A stretch of DNA of 64,000 nucleotides from positions 682,001-746,000 of the forward strand of contig NC_092671.1 of assembly GCF_964355755.1 (NCBI RefSeq). Reading direction: 5' to 3'. The DNA comes from Antedon mediterranea. Taxonomy: Eukaryota; Animalia; Echinodermata. Position 1 is the stretch's first letter. The number at the start of each line of letters is the position of its first letter. The notes beneath the pieces are model-generated. The model was not told the origin of the DNA, did no database searches, and was given only the letters and a program-made list of their open reading frames with translations. The position numbers and the translations under genes were made by a program. Positions 13,201 to 24,807 of this stretch are shown piece after piece.

Positions 13201-16200
13201 AAATGGAAATGACCACTCTTTGATCTCCGGAGCTCAGAATCCTGTTGTTAGATTGCCTTGGTGGAATCACCATGAATAAACATCCAATAAAATAATGGTC
13301 TGGTGCTTGACGTTAGATAATGGAGACTAGAATGTAGAATTCGTACTACGTACTAAATTTAGTTTCATAAAAGTAATAAGCTTACCAGTTTGGCATCTGT
13401 TTCCAGTAAAGCACGATCGACATCTGCACGAGGTTGTACATGTAGCAAGATCTGGGACGCATGTTCCTCCATTTTCACAGCGAACATTGCTACAGATATC
13501 AACGGCTGAAGAAAAAACAAAGAAATACTTATAAATGAAACATTAATAATTATTGCAAAATATTTTGTATATATACATTAAAACAATAAAACCAACAGTG
13601 ATTTTGAGAACTTGTGTAGGCCAATATAGTTGCACTTTTTTGGCCACTGTGACATTCATTTTAAATATTTTGAAATAATAGTATTAAGTTCTGTCTACAC
13701 TACCAAACTCATTTGACAAAAAGAATGTGTGATGTGGCTATATATAGACAAGATGACATCATATCACTACCATAATTGGGCAAATTTTTTTTCGTCAGTT
13801 TGCTAGTGTAGACAGAGCTGTAAAATTCAAGAAAGACATTACCGCCACCTTGTCCTTATTGAACAATTTACAAGAAACATAATGCTTACCATCTTGACAC
13901 TTGTTTCCAGTAAAGCAGGAACGACATGAACAGCTGGTCTCACATCTATTTAAATCTGCTCTACATGTGCCACCATTTTCACATGTAACACCTTCACAGA
14001 TATTTAGAGCTAAAAAATATTTTTATAAGTCAAATTAATTGTTTATATTTTATTTACATCAAAAACATCAGCATATTAAACTATTGTTCTCAATATCATT
14101 ATCGCCATCTTTCTTTCTCTCTCTCGTTCAAAGTTTGTTTAATATTTGGACGAAACACAACAATAATTAGAAAGTTTGTACGTTTAACGTACGTATTTGG
14201 CAATTGTCTCCTGTGTAACAAGGTCTGCATCTACATAATGTGGTACAGGTGTTCAAATCTTCTACGCATGTTCCTCCATTCTGGCAGTTAACGCTACTAC
14301 AAATGTTTACGGCTGAAAAGAAGTAGAAAATATAATCATTGTCATTCTAACATGATAAGTATTTTGAAAAATGGTTTTCATTATATTCGATGATGGTTAT
14401 TGTAACGTAGCCCTCCTTTTTTTTTTGTTGGCTTACCATTTTGACATTCATCTCCGGTAAAACAAGATCTACACGTGCATGATGTCTGACAGGTCATGAA
14501 GTCAGCTTGACACGTTCCGCCATTTTGGCAGTTCACACCACTGCAAATGTTAACCTCTTTTGGGGGAAAAAGCACAAACATTTATAATCAATGTAAAATC
14601 AGTTACTTAGGGGTTATCTAGATATTTTAAAAGAGAATTTTGAGAAGCACTCGTAGATATAGAAAACCAACCGGGCCACGAGTTCTAGCAAGTTGTAAAC
14701 GAACGTCCACCTTTCAATCGTTACCTTTATTTTGCCACTAAACAAGTGTAAATTTATAGTGATTTTATGTAAGTATTTCTATGTTGAGAGTCTCTCGACA
14801 GTTATTTTTATTTATAACTTTTAGGTGATCCTGCCTCATTGATTTACTTTTGTACTGTTTTTATGTGTTACTTTGTACTGTAGGCCTATTTTAAATTTGG
14901 CGAAATAATTACTAAAAGAGAACTTACGTTTTTGACACGTCCTCCCGGTGAAACAAGATCTACATTTGCATGAGGTACTACAGGTGGCTAAGTCAGCGAC
15001 ACATGTTCCTCCATTTTCACAATTGACGCTGCTACAAATATCCACGGCTGGATAATAATATCAAATGGATTTAATTAAAAAGGTTCATTCATAATAACAT
15101 TGCTATTAGTGTGAAAACTGACGACTTTTTAAATATAGATACAAATCTAATTTCCCATTAGAATAGAATACATATTTTTAGAATATATTTTTGTGTCTGC
15201 ACAATATTGGATCATCGTTATTACATTGATTTACGCCTCTTGTTTATACGAAAATGGAAATAAATATTTTAATAGAAAGTCACTTTTATAATCTGGATTA
15301 CTTTGACTTAATTTGTTCATCTCAGCCACAACAAGGTGTCTCTTTTTTTTAAACGGAAACGAAGCTATATTTTGGTAATAACTTACGTGTTTCACAATTT
15401 GCTCCAGTAAAACAAGGTCTGCAGGTACAGGAGGTTTCACATTTGTCGAGATCAGCATTACACGTTCCTCCATTTTGACAATTCACTCCTCGGCATATGT
15501 TGATGGCTAAACAATTAATCAAAGATAGTAATAATATACTTTAGAATTTGTATATATGTTTATAGATTGTAAGATACTTGTTATGTATGTTTTTGCAAGC
15601 ATTTGGTTGTAAAATTCTTAAAATTGTTTATTATGTCTTCAATATTATTCATTCAATTCATTTACTTACGATTTTGACATCTGGTTCCAGTGTAACATTC
15701 AGTACATCTACAAGATGTTGAGCACGTATTCAGGTCGGCTACACATGTTCCTCCATTCTCACAATTAACATTATTGCAAATATCAACAGCTATCGGTAGT
15801 TTTAAATATGCAGTGAAATTGAATGGTAAATGAAACATGCAAAACAGGTGGTCATCCGATGTTTGGATCAATAAAATAATTGCAAAACGTTCGGCGTTTT
15901 CCCGAAATGTATAGTAGTGCATTTTTAGAGTAAGAAATATAACATGTAACTTTACTGTATGTGGTACTCCATGTACTCATTATCATTGTACGTATTAGAC
16001 ATACAACAAAATGTAGCCTAATGTAAATATAGGCCTAGTATTGATTATGTTAGCAGAATAGTAAGAATCGTAATAGTGAAACAAATATTGAATTTTAAAT
16101 GTAAATTAATATAATGTTATAAATTATAATTCAGTAGTGATAAATAGAAATAATAATATCATAGCAAATGAAGTGTGTTTTTTTTTTCTTTCAGAGCCGT

Positions 16201-19200
16201 TACGGCCTATGGAACGTCAATAGTGTCATAAAGGATGTGTGTTTTAAAAATTGTTCGTTATTTAAAAATGTGATATTTTAAAGTGCTATATAGATAGGTC
16301 TAGTATAATATAAGTCTAAACATGTGATCATAATTATAATGTTTAACATCGTGGTTCTTTACTCATGTGTTTTGACAGGAATATCACTTGTTTTCACATT
16401 CGCGCTACACGTGGCCCCATTTTGTCCGTTTACAATTTACAATGCTGAGAGAGGCGTTATTCATAATTTAGTATTATCAAAGAATATATTATATATTCTT
16501 TTGTATTATGTGCATTTATTGGCATTTACTTACGTGTCTGACAACGGTTTCCTCTGAAACATGTTCTACATTCACATGTGGCTGTACAAGTATCATCATT
16601 TTGTACGCATGTACCACCATTCTGACAATTAACATTCCTGCACAGGTTTGTTCCTATAATTAACAAGCATTACATTCATGTATTTTAGTTTAATCATCTG
16701 AATTTAAGCACACTAATATTTAAGCACACTTACTTAAGCACAAGTTCGTGAGATCAACCAAATAAATGAGTGAGTACCTACTATAACGGTGATAATTACC
16801 GGTACGCTATTTTTGTAGACCTGCATATGCATCTTGTGGGTTTTTGCTATTTCCTAACAAATAGGCATGAACTATCAAATATTATCTGGTCTAGTAAAGT
16901 CAGAATTCAGGAATTGGGAAGACCATTTGCTATATAGGCCTACAGTAACAAATAACCAAAACTATATAATATAGCTGAATACTGAATACTAAATAGCTTT
17001 ATTTGTCCATTATCATATAAAATAATAATATAAATTCTTCTAAAAGATTGGCAAATAATTATATTAGTACAATTTAAAACATATATATATATATACAAAA
17101 TATAAACAAACATTACAAAATAGAGTAACACACACATTATTGCACAAAAAGATTTTTGAAAGCATAAAACGCTTAAAAAGTTGTAGTTTAGAAATAGATA
17201 CAATAACTGAGGAACCTCGCTTATAAACCTACCGATGGATTTAAAGAAGTCAATATATCTTACGTGTTTGACATATGTACCGATGGATTTAAAGAAGTCA
17301 ATATATCTTACGTGTTTGACATATGTACAGATGGATTTAAAGAAGTCAATATATCTTACGTGTTTGACAAAATCGTCCAGTAAAGCAACTTCTGCATTTA
17401 CACGTGCCGGTACATGACGTTAGGTCTGATTCACAGGTTCCTCCATTTTGGCATGTCACTTGAGCACATGGGTTCTTAGCTATAATTAAATAATACGAAT
17501 GGTAAATAAATAATGGTTTTATATCAATTGTATTAATTTATTTAAATATTGTATAATATATTACCAGTTTGACAACGGTTGCCCATATAACACGTAGGAC
17601 AATCACATGTTCCTGTGCACGTGTTAAGATCTGATACACAGTTTCCACCATTTTGACAGTTAATGTTGGCACATGGATTCTTGGCTGCAAAGGACAAAAA
17701 CAAAGTTGCATGTTGGATAAATGTTACACAGGAAGCACAAGTTAGATTGAATTTTTCATGTGAGTACACAGATAAAAAGTATGATAGGTTTACTGCCATT
17801 AAACACAGATGATTCATATATGTCATGCGCGCGTTTAAACACTGTTAATTATGATACTATCATATTTGTCACGCGCGCGTTTAAAATGCTGTTTATATTA
17901 TGGTACTGACATTTGACGTGCGCGTTTAATAATGTTGTGCTTCCTTTCCTTCTTCCTTTCCTTTCCTTCCCTTCTTCCTTTCCTCCCATTAAATGAAAGA
18001 AGATTTTACTGTCACGCGCTCTTATGATGTTGATAAATGAATGTGTTAACTCTTTTTCCCAGAAAAAAACGAGTTGGAATATTGAATGCTACTTACCGGT
18101 TTGACAACGGTTGCCCATATAACACGTAGGACAATCACATGTACCAGTGCACGTGTTAAGGTTTGATATACAGTTTCCACCATTTTGACAGTTAATGTTG
18201 GCGCATGGATTCTTTGCTGCAAAAGATAAGGGTATTTGATCAGAAAGGTTGCGCAGTATGGTTCAATCATTATGATGACGTGAGCTATTAAAATTATGGC
18301 TTGTTTCCAACTTATAGGACGCAACGCAAGGACGGAAAAGCAACGCAAGCAATTGACCAATAACAAGCGATGGATGATTCGATTGTCGCTTGTCATTGGT
18401 TAACTCGGCGCTTACGTCCTCGCGTTGCGTCCTTGCGTTGCGTCCTTGCGTTGCGTCCTAGTAAGAAACAAGTTTTTAATGCTAATGTGATTTTACACTT
18501 ATGCTATACTTACCAGTTTGACAACGGTTGCCCATATAACACGTAGGACAATCACATGTACCAGTGCACGTGTTAAGATTTGATACACAGTTTCCACCAT
18601 TTTGACAGTTAATGTTGGCGCATGGATTCTTTGCTGTAGTTAAAAAAAAAATCGCGGTAATAAAATGAATGCACAGAAAGGCATTAAGTTGCCTTTCTCT
18701 TCTTCCTTTTTATCCAATTATTTAAATGTTTTATATAATATTATATAGTATAATGTTATATTTATGTATTTCTTTTTATTTTTGGATGAATAAAGAAAGA
18801 AATCACAAAGTATAAATCTTACCGGCATGGCAACCATTGCAACACTTTTTATAAAAGCAATTATTATCTACATTTAGTTAACAATTAGTTTAGTAAATGT
18901 TTCTTACCGGTTTGACAACGGTTGCCCATGTAACACTGTCGACATTTGCATGTTGCTGTACACGTATTCAGATCTGGTACGCATGTGCCACCATTTTGAC
19001 AGTTAATATTGGCACATGGATTTTTTGCTGTAAAATTTAAGATAGATTCAGATTTCATTCAATGTCCTTAAAGGTGATAAGTTTAACAAGACAAACATCA
19101 CAAATATTTTCTACACAAAATCTTATTACAATTCTTTGGAAGTTGTTTTTCGGCGTCTTATAGTTCACGTTTGCTATTTTATTTTATTTTTACCTACAGT

Positions 19201-21182
19201 AGTTCACCGCATTTACACTAAGGTAAATTTCTATTCTATTTATAGGATTTGAACGCGGATCAGTAACCACCAAAATACAACTCCACTCAAAATGGCTCTA
19301 TAAATTTGACGCGCACGTGTATACTTGATAAATAATGCTCAATAATGTCATTTTACACTCGTGTCATTTTGGTTGGCTCCGTCACTCACGAAATGTACGA
19401 TATTAAATTAACTTACGTGTTTGACAACGGTTGCCCATGTAGCATGTAGGGCATTTACATGTACCAGTGCATGAGTTAAGATCTGATACACAGTTTCCAC
19501 CATTTTGACAGTTGATATTGGCACATGGATTTTTGGCTTCAAAAGAAACAAATAAATAAATACAATAGGCCTAATGTTTGCTTTTTGTGTGTGGTTAAAG
19601 TCACGTAGTACGATACGATCTGTTTCTTGTAGGTGTTGGTTTATTTACAAACCTACCTCAAGTATTTTTCTTTGGTGGCTAAGTTCCACAAAAGGTATTA
19701 ATTTAAAGAAGTCGATTAACTTACCAGTTTGACAGTTATTTCCCATGTAACATCTGGGACAGTCACATTTTGAGGTACATGAGTTTAAATCAGCAATGCA
19801 TTTACCACCATTTTGGCAATTCCTTGAATCACATGGGTTTTTTTCTATTTTATAAAACACATTTGCGAATTAAACGAAATATTAATTGCATAGTGGTTTA
19901 GGAATAACATAAATACACCCCTTACTGGATTTTGCTATAATAACTGGGAATATAATGTCCAGTATTGACGCAGAGTTAAAACATTAATCTACTGGCCTCA
20001 CCTGTTTGGCAAAACTGTCCGGAGTAGCATGTTCTGCAACTACAGGTGGTTGTACATGTTTTGCGATTGGACGAACATGTTCCCTGGTTTTGACACGTGT
20101 CTTTCTTACATGGATCATTAACTGTAATTGTAAAGTACGGTAATATTTACATTCTTTTAGGATGAATCCACAATTCTAATAATAAGTTTTACTCTAGCTT
20201 TTGGTAACATTGTTTCTATACACACGTCTCTTAAGGCAACGCTGTAGTCTAAGTTCTAGGCACAAATGGCGTGTCATAACTATACTTTAACTGGAAGGGA
20301 AAATGAAAAAGAAAAAAAATCTAGAAACTTGTGTCTTTAAAATAATCAAAAAACATAATAAACATAATCATTATTACAGATAATTTTTTAATTTCTCAGT
20401 TCTCAGCTTATCTATGGCACCCAACAATTTAACTCTAGTCGTTACAAACATCATATTAAAGCTTTGGTTCCCACTAGAACGAAACGCAAGCGAGTCGCCC
20501 AACAGTTCGGATCGCTGCTTGTGATTGGTTAAATTGCCTAAGTTGCGATTACGTCGTTGCGTTACGTCCCAGTGTGAACCAAGCTTTAGATTTAGTAGAA
20601 TACTAAATATAGCAATATGGATATTAAACCAATACTGTGCTACAGTTAAAACCTGTTGTGCTGACTATAAATAAAGACAAACTTTATTCTCACATTGATT
20701 GCAGAAGGTTCCAGAATAACAACTGATGCATTCACACTTGTACCGTCCTTTAGGCAGTGACACACATCTTTGAGTGTTATCTCTATTACATTTATGACTC
20801 CCTGTTTTACATGGATTATAATACGCTGTAAATAAGAAAAAATGATACGTTAGTAGGCCTAATCTAAAAAGAACATGAAATCTTGAAATAAAATGGCTAG
20901 TATGAACAAATAAAATGCTACATTGTTATAGGCCTATGAGATAATTTATATTAAATCCTTTTGTTTCGTGAAATACTAGAAATCAGTAATTTATTAAATA
21001 GAATACTACCTAGTTTATTTGATAAATGTTTTAATTGCTGCCAGCTAAATGTTGTTTTCAAATTAAAAGTAGTTATAAAAATAATAAATATCACAATTTT
21101 AAGATAAAGTTACGGTCGTACCTGTAGCGTTGATAACTACAACGATCGTCAAGAAAATTGCGGCGGACAAGAAAGACTTCAT
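7295..21182 (-). CDS. Secreted protein of 28 tandem atypical EGF-like modules (mostly 8 Cys), ~1154 aa, no TM segment
   Basis: Signal-peptide exon 21122-21182 ([20 protein letters not shown]). Phase-1 symmetric EGF exons: 20694-20825, 20002-20121, 19725-19844, 19417-19536, 18908-19027, 18514-18633, 18097-18216, 17565-17684, 17360-17479, 16534-16653, 15670-15789, 15387-15506, 14928-15047, 14437-14556, 14193-14312, 13890-14009, 13386-13505, 12836-12955, 12450-12569, 12113-12232, 11227-11346, 10789-10908, 10424-10543, 9803-9922, 9420-9539, 8962-9084, 8459-8581, 8108-8233. Terminal exon 7295-7314 (SNTGGY*) is less certain; read-through at 8108 gives ...EQCK*. Consensus is like [38 protein letters not shown]. 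Confidence 0.9.
10103..10285. mobile_element. MITE, family A (PIF/Harbinger-like; superfamily uncertain)
   Basis: TIR AGCTTGGTTCCCACTAGGACGCAA with TTAA/TAA-type flanks. Related copies at ~11431-11557, 18298-18473, 20459-20586, 24571-24731, 26211-26293, 36726-36820 and 58887-59020. Confidence 0.75.
11431..11557. mobile_element. MITE family A copy
   Basis: TTAAGCTTGGTTCCCACTAG ... CAGTGGAAACCAAGC ends; internal TTGACCAATCACAAGCGATGG. Confidence 0.7.
13687..13819. mobile_element. MITE family B copy (TIR AGCTCTGTCTACACTA)
   Basis: AGTTCTGTCTACACTACCAAACT ... AGTTTGCTAGTGTAGACAGAGCT; same family as 63270-63430, 38096-38206, 26717-26779 and the fragments at 12288 and 12712. Confidence 0.7.
16340..16446 (-). 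pseudogene. Decayed EGF pseudo-exon inside an intron of the multi-EGF gene
   Basis: The - strand reads ...[16 protein letters not shown]..., resembling CQNGATCxANxxTCxTSC, but with lost cysteines, a frameshift, an in-frame TAA and no good donor. Confidence 0.5.
17231..17368. repeat. 48-bp tandem repeat (~3 copies) duplicating an exon 3' end and its splice donor
   Basis: Unit ACCGATGGATTTAAAGAAGTCAATATATCTTACGTGTTTGACATATGT; the last copy contains the true donor of exon 17360-17479. Confidence 0.9.
18298..18473. mobile_element. MITE family A copy
   Basis: GCTTGTTTCCAACTTATAGGACGCAACGCAAGG ... CCTTGCGTTGCGTCCTAGTAAGAAACAAG inverted ends. Confidence 0.7.
20459..20586. mobile_element. MITE family A copy
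   Basis: AAGCTTTGGTTCCCACTAG ... CCAGTGTGAACCAAGCTT. Confidence 0.7.
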
Positions 21183-21202
21183 GATGACATGCAGATCACG
21201 AA

Positions 21203-21237
21203 AATAATGAACTTGTAACAGTTGCTGCCGTTATATA
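21203..21237 (-). promoter_or_regulatory. TATA box and initiator of the multi-EGF gene
   Basis: TATATAA at 21237-21231 lies ~29 nt upstream of an Inr-like TTCATT (A at ~21208), which is 26 nt upstream of the ATG at 21182. Confidence 0.55.
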
Positions 21238-21579
21238 CCATGTATACGGAACTATGCATTTCATAAGTGCAAAACCACAACATATGGTCTAAAACAATTC
21301 ATGTTACATCTTCTATGCCAAGTTCAAAATAAAAACGATGTTAATTGCTCAAGTAATCGTATAATCTACAAGTGGTTTGGGAATACAGTATAAGGTTTGT
21401 ATCAAGATTTCGACGCAGCCACTGTCCAGATTATGTAAACAAAGAGTGTAGGCCCTACGCAACATTATTGCGTCTCTTCATCAAAAGCCTCTTAATATTA
21501 TACGTACATGTACAAGTACTCCTTATGCTGCTCCGCACTCCTTCTGAATGAGCTTCATCATTAAACTCATTATGAGAAC

Positions 21580-21690
21580 AGAGATTTTTAAAGCTCTGTT
21601 CACACGCACTAGATTGTTAAAGCTGTGTTTAAACGCACTAGATTTTTAAAGCTGTGTTTACACGCACTATATTTTTTAAAGCTACGTTGC
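21580..21690. repeat. 29-bp tandem repeat, ~4 copies, upstream of the multi-EGF promoter
   Basis: AGATTTTTAAAGCTGTGTTTACACGCACT repeated. Confidence 0.8.
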
Positions 21691-22376
21691 AGACAGTACT
21701 GGATTGCATATCGGATTTAAGCTGCCGAATTATATAAAAGTTATACCAGTGACGTGTATTTACTCCGATAAAACCCAGATATACCTCCGAGAAAACAGGG
21801 AAGTGTATAATACTCCGACCATGAAGAAATTAGTTTCCGCAAACGATCTGACCAACTATGATAGGCTTTTTTGAAAGAAGGAACTTTTAAGTTCAATAAT
21901 TTCTGGCCATTGTAAAAAAAAATATTTTCTTAAGTATATGCTTTTCGAATAGATAAGAATATTATTTTTGGCTAACCTTTTATTGTATTATCAAATTTTT
22001 TGTGGAAATAAAGAAATAATATGTTTAGGTAAAGAGAGATTGTGTAATGATACATACACATATAAGTTTGTACTTTGTTTAAAACTATGGTAGCAGTAAA
22101 CTATCATGAGTTGAGAATTTGTAAGAAAAAACACATTCTTTTTCATATTTATTAATTAATCAATTATTTACAACCATTGATCAAATGAAATGATATACTA
22201 CAAGCTAGACCTATCTAGCATTTTTTTTAAAGTAAGGAAATAAAGTATATTAATATGTTATACAACAATTTTTCTAATAACAGACACACCTTAACATACT
22301 TCTACAAACTATATGCAAAGTTCTTTTTAAATAGTATCACTAAAAAACATCTGACGTAAAACAACCTACTTAAGTA

Positions 22377-24807
22377 CTACTCATGGTCTTGCTTGGTGTT
22401 GTCTTCCGTAAGGTAGTAACCATAGCGACGAAGTATATCCCTCTTGTCTGTAAAATAATACATCATTTACATCTTAACGTAGTACTTTAAGTAATTATAA
22501 TAAGTACATAAGCTGTAATAAGCTACCATGTATTTATATACCTGGTGGTGGTGTGAAGAATAATATTGTTTTATTAAGTCAGTTGGTGTAATTATACTTA
22601 AACTCGTACAATTATCAGCTGTAACGCGTCACTATGCACATTTGTGATAAGGGCATGCGCATAACCTACCAAATTCACAATGAACTCCATAAAATGGAAA
22701 CACACAAAGACAGGTGTACGCTTCACAATTGTTCTGCACACTTTGACAAACGCCGCCATTTTGACACAATCCAGGCACACAAGCTTCATAGGCTGTAAAG
22801 AATTTTTTTTTAAATATAAAAATTTACTTTTAGAGAAAAATGCAGATTTAACTAAAGGTTTACCTCTGAAGAATAATGACTCCATGTTTATTCTCAATTG
22901 CAATCATCTGTCAGTAACATCATAAATTTGACGCGCGCGTTCAAACGATGATCGTTATTAAATTGTGTACGCACACTACGTATCAATGGCCATTGAATAT
23001 GGAATATAGTACTTATGGTTATGTAAATATGGTTGTTAAAATTATGACGGTCAGGGTCACTTAATTGCCTACAAAGTAAACTTACCATTTTCACAAGTAT
23101 CTCCGTCATAACATACAAGACATTCACAACTGACATCATCATCTTCAACTATACAAGTTGCTCCATTTAGACATCGTTCACATTTACATTTGATTATTTC
23201 TTCTAATGTTAGAAAATAATCGAAAATGGCGGTATCTCCTCTGTCAATGTCCGAAGTAGAACGGAACTCACAGGTACGTGATAACATTGTACGTTGAGTT
23301 GGTACACTTGATGGCATGCTGTCAACAGTTGGTGTAGTGGAAAGGGCAATATCTGTCATGACATTGACTGGAGTGGTAGGAGAGATGTTGTATTCAATTG
23401 TGCTGCTTTTGGCATCGAGGTTATCAGAGGATGTGGATGATGCAGTTTCTTCATTTCGGATAGAATCTGACGTCACTGTTTTAATTATTTCGAACAATCT
23501 AGATGTACCTCCAGTGACAAAGTCACTATTTACAGTTTCTCTGTTGATGTTACCAGTTACTGCGTCTTCACTGATGAGGTAATTAGTTACTGTGCCTCTG
23601 GGGACGTCATCTGTCACTGTAATGTCGTCTGTATTTTGTGTTGATGAATGATGATCAATGGGACCCTTTGTTGATTTACTTGGACTTACATTGGATGGTG
23701 AAACATCCGTGGTGGTCAAATCATCGAAAGACAAGCGTCCGTTTAAGGTATTGCCATCATAGAACATGGTTGAGTCTTGGCTGATGGCTTCCGATGTCGT
23801 CGAAAATAGTTTACTTGCTTCCCTACCATCATTTGGTTCCGTTAAATGAGAAGCGACAAAAAACTGATATTTTGTATGCAATTCTGTTGAATCTTCGTCA
23901 AAATCCAGTGTTGCATCTTGGTTGTGTGTGGTTGCATCTTGGTTGTGTGTAGTTGCGTCTTGGTTATGAGCGGTTGCATCTTGGTTGTGTGTGGTTGCAT
24001 CTTGGTTGTGTGTGGTTGGATATTCGTTGTGTGGGGTTGCATCTTGGTTATGTGTAGTAGCATCTTCGTTGTGTGTAGTTGCAGCTTCGTTGTGTTTGGT
24101 TGCATCTTGGTTGTGTGTGGTTGCATCTTGGTTATGTGTGGTTGTATCTTGGCTGTGTGTAGTTGTATCTTGGTTATGTGTGGTTGCATCTTGGATGTGT
24201 GTGGTTGTATGTTGGTTGTGTGTGGTTGTATCTTGGTTGTGTGTTTCTGGTGCGGTTACATGAGAGGCTACAAAGAACTGAAATTCATTGTCCATTTCTC
24301 CTCCTTTAATACTTCTTTGTTCGACTGGATAACAATCAACTCCTGCAATTTATTTTAATTTTAGTTACATTCATTTCTTCAACACACCGTCATTTTCTTT
24401 TTTTACTTTTTAAACATTTATATTGTTAAATTAATTCTTATCTTCATCGTCGTTTTTCACTGACATCAACATTTTAATTGTTAAATTCGTAATTTTTTCA
24501 TCATCGTCAGAATCATACATTATCATGACTACAAAAAAAACGTCGTAATACATCTATCACAAAATGCACATTAAGCTTGCTTCCCACTGGACACAATGCA
24601 AAGACGTAAGCGCGCAAGTACTTTGACCAATCACGACACGTTGTCATCTTAACTGTCGCTTGTGATTGATCAACTTGCAGGGAAACTCGTGCTACGACGT
24701 CGTTGCGTTGCGTCTAAATGGGAACCGACCTTTAATTAATTAAACAATTAAAACTTACCATTAGAAGCAATACTGAACAATACAATGATTAAAATATATA
24801 AAGCCAT
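22377..24807 (-). CDS. Secreted mucin-like protein: His/Thr heptad repeats, Ser/Thr/Asp-rich stalk and two EGF modules, ~499 aa
   Basis: Exons 24759-24807 (signal MALYILIIVLFSIASN), 23086-24342 (GVDCYPVEQ... then ORF 23069..24295, ending in EGF CKCERCLNGATCIVEDDDVSCECLVCYDGDTC), 22670-22792 (EGF ACVPGLCQNGGVCQSVQNNCEAYTCLCVFPFYGVHC) and 22377-22447 (DKRDILRRYGYYLTEDNTKQDHE*). All junctions are phase 1 and the total is 1500 nt. Confidence 0.85.
23908..24243 (-). repeat. Coding 21-bp repeat (~16 copies) encoding THNQDAT heptads
   Basis: Plus-strand unit GTGGTTGCATCTTGGTTGTGT; translation in ORF 23069..24295. Confidence 0.9.
24571..24731. mobile_element. MITE family A copy in intron 1 of the mucin-like gene
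   Basis: TTAAGCTTGCTTCCCACTGG ... CGTTGCGTCTAAATGGGAACCGACCTT. Confidence 0.65.

Noticed and set aside
7295-21182. Annotating the multi-EGF gene as Notch, Crumbs or laminin
   Set aside because: No LNR, TM, ankyrin or LamG domains, no Ca-binding EGF consensus, and the Cys spacing differs from laminin-type EGF.
23842-24358. Cys/Val-rich antisense ORFs (23918..24358, 23985..24263) and the alternative frame 23842..24189
   Set aside because: Shadows of the 21-bp coding repeat; the true frame is fixed by the signal exon and EGF continuity.
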